Part shown: piece after piece, positions 47,697-54,603 of the stretch | How positions within the stretch are numbered: position 1 is the first letter of the stretch | Layout: the number at the start of each line of letters is the position of its first letter | Assembly: GCA_046757705.1 (NCBI GenBank) | Contig: JBHHYT010000003.1 | Span: 1-54,603, forward strand | From: Thermodesulfobacteriota bacterium | GTDB lineage: Bacteria > Desulfobacterota > GWC2-55-46 | Direction of reading: 5' to 3' | Length of the DNA: 54,603 nt | Notes under the pieces: generated by a model | What the model was told of the DNA's origin: nothing | What the model saw: the letters and a program-made list of their open reading frames with translations, nothing else | Database searches by the model: none | Translations under genes and position numbers: made by a program

Positions 47697-48637
47697 GCAA
47701 AAGGGGCCTTGCGGTCGAAGGCATACTCAACTTCTGCGGCCTTTCAAGGGAGGAGCTCGAAGCCCATCCGCCTACCTTCTCCGTCCTGCCCGTGCCCTAC
47801 GACCTGACCGCCTCCTACGTCAGCGGTACGAGGAACGGCCCGAGGGCCATCATAGAGGCCTTCACCCACATGGAGCTCTACGACGACGAGCTCGGCCGCG
47901 AGGTCTGGGAGGCGGGCATAGAGACGCTGCCCTCGATGGAGCCAACGGCGCTCGGCCCCGGGGAGATGGTCGACAGGGTCCACGCCGCCGCCGACGAGAT
48001 ACTCGACGCCGGCAGGGTCCCGGTGATGCTCGGCGGTGAGCACAGCGTCACCCTCGGTCTCGTCAGGTCGCTCATAAAGAGATACCCCAAGATGTCGGTC
48101 CTCCAGCTCGATGCGCACGCGGACATGAGGGACTCCTATCAGGACACGCCCTTCAACCACGCCTGCATCGCCAGAAGGATCTCCGAGATATGCCCCATAG
48201 TCCAGGTCGGCATAAGGAGCCTGAGCACCGAAGAGGCCGTCTTCCTCGACTCGCAGAAGAAGGCGGGCCGCAGGGCCGCTACAAGGATAAAGACATGGTA
48301 CGCCGCCGAGGTGCTCAAGGGCGTGGACTGGTCCCGCGTGGTCAGGGGGCTTACGGACGAGGTCTTCATAACCGTCGACCTCGACGTCTTCGACCCGGCC
48401 GTAATGCCAGCCACAGGCACACCCGAGCCCGGGGGGCTCGGGTGGTACGACGCGCTCGGGGTGCTGCGCTCGGCCGCCGCCGGCAGGAAGGTCGTCGGCT
48501 TTGACGTCGTCGAGCTGTGCCCGCTGCCGGGCAACATAGCGCCGGACTTCCTCGCGGCGAAGCTCGTCTACAAGATGATGGGCTACGCTACCGAGGGCCG
48601 CGCCGGACGGTCCGCGCGCGGGCCACGCAAGAGGTAA
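47687..48637 (+). CDS. speB: Agmatinase
   Basis: GGEHS, DAHAD, DLDVFDP, GTPEPGG and DVVE. Confidence 0.92.
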   Translation: MGVSKRGLAVEGILNFCGLSREELEAHPPTFSVLPVPYDLTASYVSGTRNGPRAIIEAFTHMELYDDELGREVWEAGIETLPSMEPTALGPGEMVDRVHAAADEILDAGRVPVMLGGEHSVTLGLVRSLIKRYPKMSVLQLDAHADMRDSYQDTPFNHACIARRISEICPIVQVGIRSLSTEEAVFLDSQKKAGRRAATRIKTWYAAEVLKGVDWSRVVRGLTDEVFITVDLDVFDPAVMPATGTPEPGGLGWYDALGVLRSAAAGRKVVGFDVVELCPLPGNIAPDFLAAKLVYKMMGYATEGRAGRSARGPRKR

Positions 48638-48838
48638 GGCCCTCAGCGCAGGGGGCGGGTTTCCCGGGGCGGGCTCCTTCCGGGGGTATGGGGGGCAGTG
48701 GGCAGTGGGCAGGGGGCACGGGGGGGTGCGGGGGGCGGGTACGGTCTTTTCAGGGGTGGTTTTCCGGGGTGGTGTTCTTCAGATTTGTCTGCCCGAGTAC
48801 GGCATTCAACAATAAAAGTAAAAACCGGGGGTAATGAA

Positions 48839-49384
48839 ATGTTTGTACCTAAAAGGGTCTTTTTCACAAAAGGGGTGGGTACCCACAAAGAGGAGCTGAC
48901 CTCCTTTGAGCTGGCGCTCAGGGACGCTAACATAGAGAAGTTCAATCTCGTTCAGGTCTCGAGCATATTCCCTCCCTCATGCAAGGTCATCTCAAAGGCG
49001 GTGGGGTTGAAGAAGCTCGCCCCCGGACAGGTCGTCTTCTGCGTCATGAGCAAGCTTTCGAGCAACGAGCCGAGGCGCCTTATGGCCGCCTCCGTCGGGT
49101 GCGCCATCCCCATGGACAGGAAGCTCTACGGGTATCTGAGCGAGCACCACGCCTACGGCCAGACCGACGCCGCCGCCGGGGACTACGCCGAGGACCTCGC
49201 CGCGGCCATGCTCGCATCCACCCTCGGCATAGAGCTCGACGAGGACCTCGGCTGGGACGAGAAAAAGGAGATATACCGCATAAGCGACAAGATAGTAAAG
49301 ACCACCAACGTGACGCAGTCCGCGATAGTCAAGGGCGACGGCAAGTTCACCACCATAGTCGCCGCCGCGGTAATGGTACTCTGA
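48839..49384 (+). CDS. pdaD: Pyruvoyl-dependent arginine decarboxylase
   Basis: [19 protein letters not shown] (Ser-Ser autocleavage site) and GYLSEHH. Confidence 0.92.
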   Translation: MFVPKRVFFTKGVGTHKEELTSFELALRDANIEKFNLVQVSSIFPPSCKVISKAVGLKKLAPGQVVFCVMSKLSSNEPRRLMAASVGCAIPMDRKLYGYLSEHHAYGQTDAAAGDYAEDLAAAMLASTLGIELDEDLGWDEKKEIYRISDKIVKTTNVTQSAIVKGDGKFTTIVAAAVMVL

Positions 49385-49454
49385 GGGGACGCGCGCCCCT
49401 CCGGGCGCGATGCCGGCCCTCTCGCGGCCCGGGCGCAACCGGTGGGATCAAGCC

Positions 49455-50486
49455 ATGAAGATAGGTCTTACATACAACCTCAAGAAGCAAGGAGCGCAAG
49501 GGGGCACGCCCTCCGGCTTTTGCGCCGGGAGCGGCGGGCTGGACGCCATAGAGGCGGTGCGCGATGCCCTTCTCGAACGCCACGCCTCGGTAGAGATGAT
49601 AGAGGCCGACGAGGACGCCTACGAAAAGCTCAGGGCCTCCCGCCCCACTATGGTCCTCAACATGGCCGAAGGGCTCCGGGGGCAGAGCAGGGAGTCGCAG
49701 ATGCCCGCTATCATGGAGATGCTCCGCATCCCGTACACCGGCTCATCCCCCCTTGCCCTCTCGCTGTGCCTCAACAAGGCGCGCGCGAAGGAGATGCTCG
49801 CCCACTACGGCATACCGACCGCGAGGTTCCTCGTCGCGCAGAGAGGGGACGCCGGCATCGAGCGTTTTCTGGCCTTCCCCATGGTGGTAAAGCCGCTCTG
49901 CGAGGGTTCGGGCAGGGGGGTAGGGGACGACTCCATCGTGCGCGGCCCGGAAGAGCTCAGGCGCAGGGTGGACAGGGTGGTCGGCGAGTACGGCCAGCCG
50001 GCGCTCGTCGAGGAGTACCTCGAGGGCAGGGAGTTCACGGTGGCGCTTCTCGGCAACGGCGAGAGCACGAGGACGCTGCCGATAGTCGAGATAAACTACT
50101 CGGCCCTGCCAGAGGGCGTAAACCCCATATACTCCAACGAGACCAGGTCTGTCCTCCACGGCCCGGGAGCGCCGCCAGACGGATTCACCTGCCCTGCCGG
50201 CGTCAACGACAGGCTCGGCTCGGCCATAGAGACGGTGGCGAAGGACGCGTTCAGGGCGCTGGAGGTGAGGGACTGGTGCAGGATAGACGTAAGGCTTGAC
50301 GCCGCCGGGGTGCCGCACGTGATAGAGCTCGACCCGCTGCCCGGCATACCGATGGCCCCGAACGCCGACTCGTGTTTTTCCATGGCCGCCCGCGCCGCTG
50401 GCATGAGCCGCGGCGACCTGGTCAACGGTGTTGTGGACATAGCCCTTGAAAGGTACGGGATATCCCCCTCGGACAGGCCGAACTGA
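49455..50486 (+). CDS. Ddl-like ATP-grasp protein, divergent
   Basis: IPYTGS, LNKARAK, VKPLCEGS, EEYLEGREF and RIDVR; ELDPLPG stands in place of ExNxxPG. Confidence 0.82.
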   Translation: MKIGLTYNLKKQGAQGGTPSGFCAGSGGLDAIEAVRDALLERHASVEMIEADEDAYEKLRASRPTMVLNMAEGLRGQSRESQMPAIMEMLRIPYTGSSPLALSLCLNKARAKEMLAHYGIPTARFLVAQRGDAGIERFLAFPMVVKPLCEGSGRGVGDDSIVRGPEELRRRVDRVVGEYGQPALVEEYLEGREFTVALLGNGESTRTLPIVEINYSALPEGVNPIYSNETRSVLHGPGAPPDGFTCPAGVNDRLGSAIETVAKDAFRALEVRDWCRIDVRLDAAGVPHVIELDPLPGIPMAPNADSCFSMAARAAGMSRGDLVNGVVDIALERYGISPSDRPN

Positions 50487-50945
50487 CGTTAGATGGCGAC
50501 GGCTGCGACCGTTACGGCTTCGACGGCAGGGAGGAAAAGGATTGCGCCACGGGACTTCTTGATATATACTTGAATAAACCCGCCTGAAATGATTATTTTT
50601 TATCGTCGATACTGATTGTCCCGGCCACCCCATCGGATGTGTTTGTTATGGAAAAAACTCGTTTACCGGCAGGGTTTGTGACCTGTACAGTATAATGGCG
50701 GACGAATAAAGAAGGAAAGGCACCGGCAGGGCCCTGCCCGGGCATACCGGGGGCTTGTAAGGGAGCAAGACGCGAGGAAGTTAGCGGCGGAGCCTTCGGG
50801 GGTGTCCGCATGCGGGCCCGCCAGCCGGTTTTACATAAAGAACGGCTTCTAGGAGGAGGCGCGGACAAGATAGTACCAGAAACCCGGAAACGACCTCATC
50901 ATATACGTCAGCAGACCGCTGGCACACACTATCTGAAAAGAGGGT

Positions 50946-51569
50946 TTGACATTGGAACTGGAAAGTATCAAGAAGATATACGCCGGATATTCGGGTGTTT
51001 ACGATAGGCTCTTCAAGAGGTTTTTCTACCCGAGGATCAAGCACGCCATCAACTACATGGACATAAAGCCGGGGGACAGGATCCTCGACGTGGGCATCGG
51101 CACCGGGCTCTCCCTCTCGGAGTTTCCCAGGCATTGCAGCGTCGTGGGCATCGACCTGTCCACCGAGATGCTGCGCAAGGCCAAGGAGAAGATAGGGGAT
51201 ATGCGCCTCGACAACATCTCCGTGCTCTCCATGGACGCCATGAGCATAGGCTTCAAGGACGACACCTTCGACAAGATATTCATCTCGCACGTCGTTAGCG
51301 TCGTGCCCGACCCGTACAAGGTCATGAGCGAGGTAAGAAGGGTCTGCCGCAAGGGCGGTGAGGTCGTCATAGTCAACCACTTCAAGAGCAGGAACAAGAT
51401 CGTCGAGACCGTGGAGAAGATAATCAACCCGGTCTGCGAGAAGATAGGCTGGCGCTCGGACCTCTGCCTGAACGAGTTTATCAACAGGTCCGGCCTCAAT
51501 GTCAGAGAGAAGTACATGCTCAAGAAGCTCGACTTCTGGCACATCGTCTTTGCCACCAACGAGAAGTAA
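50946..51569 (+). CDS. Class I SAM methyltransferase, PmtA-like (phospholipid N-methyltransferase)
   Basis: Y...YD..F, ILDVGIGTG, GIDLSTEML, VVSVVPDP and VNHF. Confidence 0.8.
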   Translation: MTLELESIKKIYAGYSGVYDRLFKRFFYPRIKHAINYMDIKPGDRILDVGIGTGLSLSEFPRHCSVVGIDLSTEMLRKAKEKIGDMRLDNISVLSMDAMSIGFKDDTFDKIFISHVVSVVPDPYKVMSEVRRVCRKGGEVVIVNHFKSRNKIVETVEKIINPVCEKIGWRSDLCLNEFINRSGLNVREKYMLKKLDFWHIVFATNEK

Positions 51570-51827
51570 CCGGCCTCCCACCGGGGCCACCGAGCCCGGG
51601 GGGGGCAAAGGGGCCTGGGGGCCAATCGCGCAGGGGGGCAAAGGGGAGTCAGAGGGGGTGCTCAGGGGGCCTGGAAGGCGTCTTCGGTGTGGTTTGTGCC
51701 TGTCTGGCGGTTCCGTGCGGCCGGCATCTCAATCGGATAGCTGTATCTACAGGGGCGAATGGGCCCCTTTTTTCTGACAGGGCGCGGGCCGTGCCGCCCC
51801 AATCCCAAAAAAAGCCGACTTAAAAAC

Positions 51828-52298
51828 TTGTTTTCAGACCAGGACATCCTCCCCGGCCGCAAGCTCCGGCCCATGACCGCCGAAGACCTCGGCGACGTCC
51901 TCGATATCGAACGGGTATCTTTCCCCAACCCCTGGAGCAGGGAGATGTTCGTCCAGGAGCTGAGGAACCCGGTCTCGAGGCGGTACGTGCTCAGGCTGCC
52001 GGAGGACGGGGGCGAGGTGCTCGCCGCCTACATAATCTTCTGGGTGGTACACGGGGAGGCGCACATCCTGAACATAGCCGTAGACCCGCGGTTCAGGGGA
52101 AAGGGTGTCGCCGGCAGGGTCCTTGCCGAGGCGCTCGACATGATGCGCGCCGAGCTGGTCTTCGAGGTCTTCCTCGAGGTCAGGAGGTCTAACATGCCCG
52201 CCCGCGCCCTCTACAGGAGGTTCGGCTTCAAAGAGGTCTACGAGAGGAAAGGCTACTACGGGGACGAGGACGCCATAGTCATGTCCCTTAATCTTTAG
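51828..52298 (+). CDS. rimI: Ribosomal protein S18 alanine N-acetyltransferase
   Basis: IERVSFPNPWS, EAHILNIAV, LEVRRSN, RKGYY and EDAIVM; start approximate. Confidence 0.92.
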   Translation: MFSDQDILPGRKLRPMTAEDLGDVLDIERVSFPNPWSREMFVQELRNPVSRRYVLRLPEDGGEVLAAYIIFWVVHGEAHILNIAVDPRFRGKGVAGRVLAEALDMMRAELVFEVFLEVRRSNMPARALYRRFGFKEVYERKGYYGDEDAIVMSLNL

Positions 52299-52352
52299 CG
52301 GGCCGCGGGAAGACGCGGCCCGTCGAGCAACCCATGCCCCGGGTGGACTGTC

Positions 52353-53150
52353 ATGGAATCGGTACGGACACGCATACTATATAACGACCGGGTGGCTCCG
52401 GGGTACTATCGCCTCGGGCTCGCCTGGAAGACCCCGTCCATCGTGCCGGGGCACTTCGTCATGCTCAGGGTGGAGCACGGGCTCGACCCGCTCCTCAGAA
52501 GGCCCTTCGGCATATACAGGGTGCTCGGTGCGCGCGGCAGGCGCAAGCTGCGGGGCAGCGGCATAGAGATACTCTATCAGGTCGTGGGCAAGGGCACCTC
52601 CATACTCTCCATGAAGGCGCCGGGCGAAACGATAGACCTGCTCGGCCCCCTCGGTGGCGGGTTTCCCGCGCCCGCGCCCGGCCGGAGGGTGATACTCGCC
52701 GCCGGGGGCATGGGCATAGCCCCGCTATACCTCCTGGCGCGCACCCTCAAAGGGGGCGTGCTCCTCTTCGGCGCGAGGGACAGGACGGTTGCGCGCATAG
52801 CCCGTGAGTTCAAGTCCTTCGACTGCAAGGTGCGGATAGCCACCGATGACGGGAGCGCCGGGCGCAAGGGCTTCGTAACGGAGCTTCTGGGCGAGGAGGT
52901 GACGGAGGATAGCGTGGTCTACGCGTGCGGCCCCGTGGCGATGCTCAAGGCCTCGGCCGCCATAGCACAGAAGGCCGGGGCGCTCTGCCATGTCTCGCTC
53001 GAACGCTCCATGGCCTGCGGCATCGGGGTCTGCCTCGGGTGCGCCGTCAGGATGAAGGTCCGCAACGAAGAAGAGAACAAAAACTACCGCATGGTCTGCT
53101 CCGAAGGCCCCGTCTTCGACAGCCGCGACATAGACTGGGACGTATTGTGA
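52353..53150 (+). CDS. pyrK: Dihydroorotate dehydrogenase electron-transfer subunit
   Basis: LRRPF, GPLG, GGMGIAP and MACGIGVCLGC...VCSEGPVF. Confidence 0.95.
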   Translation: MESVRTRILYNDRVAPGYYRLGLAWKTPSIVPGHFVMLRVEHGLDPLLRRPFGIYRVLGARGRRKLRGSGIEILYQVVGKGTSILSMKAPGETIDLLGPLGGGFPAPAPGRRVILAAGGMGIAPLYLLARTLKGGVLLFGARDRTVARIAREFKSFDCKVRIATDDGSAGRKGFVTELLGEEVTEDSVVYACGPVAMLKASAAIAQKAGALCHVSLERSMACGIGVCLGCAVRMKVRNEEENKNYRMVCSEGPVFDSRDIDWDVL

Positions 53151-54070
53151 AGGGTGTGAATAAAAAAAGGCTCGCCGTAGAGGTGGCGGGCATCAGGCTC
53201 AAGAACCCGGTGATGACCGCCTCCGGCACCTTCGGCTACGGCAGCGAGTTCGCCCCGTATACCGACCTCGGCCGCCTCGGCGCGATCATCGTAAAGGGGC
53301 TCTCCCTCAAGCCCCGCCAGGGGAACCCCTCCCCGCGCATCGTTGAGACCCCGTGCGGGATGCTCAACGCCATCGGCCTGCAGAACGTCGGGGTTGAGGC
53401 CTTCATAACCGGGAAGCTTCCGCTTCTCAGGAAGGTCGGGACGCCTGTTGTCGCCAACATATTCGGCGAGACGGTCGAGGAGTACAAGGAGGTCGCCCGC
53501 AGGCTCGACGGCGTGCCGGGTGTTGCCGGGGTGGAGGTAAACATCTCGTGCCCCAACGTCAAGAAGGGCGGCATCGTCTTCGGCACCGACCCGAAGGAGG
53601 CCGCCCGCGTTATAGGCGCCGTGAGGAAGTCCACGAAGATGCCGCTTATAGCGAAGCTCTCCCCGAACGTGACCGACATAGGGGTGATGGCAAGGGCCGC
53701 CGAGGAAGCGGGCGCCGACGCCATATCGCTCATAAACACCCTGACGGGCATGGTGGTGGACGTGGAGAAGAGAAGGCCGGTGCTCGCCACTGCCACGGGC
53801 GGGCTCTCGGGGCCCGCCATAAGGCCCGTGGCCGTAAGGATGGTCTGGCAGGCGAGAAAGGCGGTGGGCGTGCCCTTGATAGGCTCCGGCGGCATAATGA
53901 CCGCCCGCGACGCCCTCGAGTTCATCATAGCCGGCGCATCTGCCGTTCAGGTCGGCACCGCAAGCTTCATAGACCCGGACTCGGCGGTAAAGGTCGCCGC
54001 GGGCATAGACGAGTACCTCGCCCGCCATAAGACCACCGTGGCGAAGCTCATCGGCTCGCTGGAGAGCTGA
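53147..54070 (+). CDS. pyrD: Dihydroorotate dehydrogenase 1B catalytic subunit
   Basis: NPVMTASGT, NAIGLQN, NISCPN, KLSPNVT and GGLSGPAI. Confidence 0.96.
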   Translation: MKGVNKKRLAVEVAGIRLKNPVMTASGTFGYGSEFAPYTDLGRLGAIIVKGLSLKPRQGNPSPRIVETPCGMLNAIGLQNVGVEAFITGKLPLLRKVGTPVVANIFGETVEEYKEVARRLDGVPGVAGVEVNISCPNVKKGGIVFGTDPKEAARVIGAVRKSTKMPLIAKLSPNVTDIGVMARAAEEAGADAISLINTLTGMVVDVEKRRPVLATATGGLSGPAIRPVAVRMVWQARKAVGVPLIGSGGIMTARDALEFIIAGASAVQVGTASFIDPDSAVKVAAGIDEYLARHKTTVAKLIGSLES

Positions 54071-54108
54071 TCCTTTAAACACCGCCCACGATTGAAAATC
54101 CCCCTATG

Positions 54109-54135
54109 TCCCCCTTTCCAAAGGGGGATTTTTTT
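54109..54135 (+). terminator. Intrinsic terminator after pyrD
   Basis: TCCCCCTTT-cc-AAAGGGGGA followed by T7. Confidence 0.75.
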
Positions 54136-54194
54136 CTTGTGAGGAGAGGGCATGACTCGCTGGTGCGGCTTCAGGCGCTCAACCAGAGGTTAGC

Positions 54195-54278
54195 GTCATC
54201 CTGAACGAAGTGAAGAACTCGGTGCATCTGTCGTCAAACGCCGGGGTTCTTCGGCCGCTTGCGCTCCCTCAGAATGAC
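54195..54278. repeat. REP-like element GTCATCCTGA...TCAGAATGAC
   Basis: Terminal inverted repeats GTCATCCTGA/TCAGAATGAC and an inner stem GAAGAACTCGG/CCGGGGTTCTTC. Confidence 0.7.
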
Positions 54279-54603
54279 ACGAAGGAAGGTTTTTTGTCTT
54301 TAAACAAACCCCGGGTGATTAGAGCGAGCGTCGCTTTGGGAAGAGGCGGGCAAGCGCGCCGGGGTGGTCCTCAGGGCGCGTAGCGTTTGTAAGGGGCGCG
54401 CGAGCGGGGAAGAGGCGGCCTCTTCTGAGAGCCTGATCACCGGAAGCGCCCGGAGGGGCGCAAACGGCGTTGAAAGATTATTAAAAATACATGGCCAACG
54501 GCCAGCCCCGGACTGAAGCTTCAAGACTTCTGCAATATAAAATGTGGATTTTTTCTCCCTCTCCCATGAAGGGAGATGGCAGGGGTGAGGGGGGCATTGC
54601 GAG

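Noticed and set aside
49455-50486. VanA-like D-Ala-D-Lac ligase
   Set aside because: There is no vanH/vanX context and the Ddl N-terminal motifs (GGxSxE, LHG) are missing; it belongs to a different ATP-grasp subgroup.
50915-50950. c-di-GMP-I (GEMM) riboswitch-like GGCACAC...GAAA
   Set aside because: The stem pairs poorly and the following CGCAAAGC and second hairpin are absent.

Overview
A GC-rich bacterial chromosomal segment in which every credible gene lies on the + strand. Gene content and heavy ATA(Ile)/AGG(Arg) codon use suggest a deltaproteobacterial (Desulfobacterota-like) lineage, which is an inference. Gene order: RNase HI (5'-truncated), RNase P RNA, HAMP adenylate cyclase plus TPR lipoprotein, a complete dcw cluster (mraZ to ftsZ) with MraZ boxes, two radical SAM genes (the second frameshifted at a G9 tract), RNase G/E, two c-type cytochromes, DUF2065-SpoIID-queA-tgt-yajC-secD-secF, a four-gene signalling module, recJ, a lytic transglycosylase, a polyamine cluster (DHS-like, agmatinase, pyruvoyl Arg decarboxylase, divergent ATP-grasp), a PmtA-like methyltransferase, rimI and pyrK-pyrD. 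The best candidate for an undescribed system is 38312-43846. It encodes a PocR-GAF-GGDEF diguanylate cyclase, a 760-aa fusion of an archaeal/STAND-type P-loop ATPase, a degenerate nuclease-like domain and an RsbW-type Ser kinase, a STAS protein and a GAF-HD-GYP phosphodiesterase. This looks like a partner switch wired to c-di-GMP, with no sigma factor or PP2C phosphatase in the locus. Other observations are a 56-nt two-hairpin element repeated before ftsW and ftsZ, an IS200/IS605-like mini-element, several REP-like palindromes, strand-biased G-rich microsatellites that enter proteins in frame, and promoters embedded in AT-rich coding patches. No tRNA, rRNA or CRISPR array was seen.
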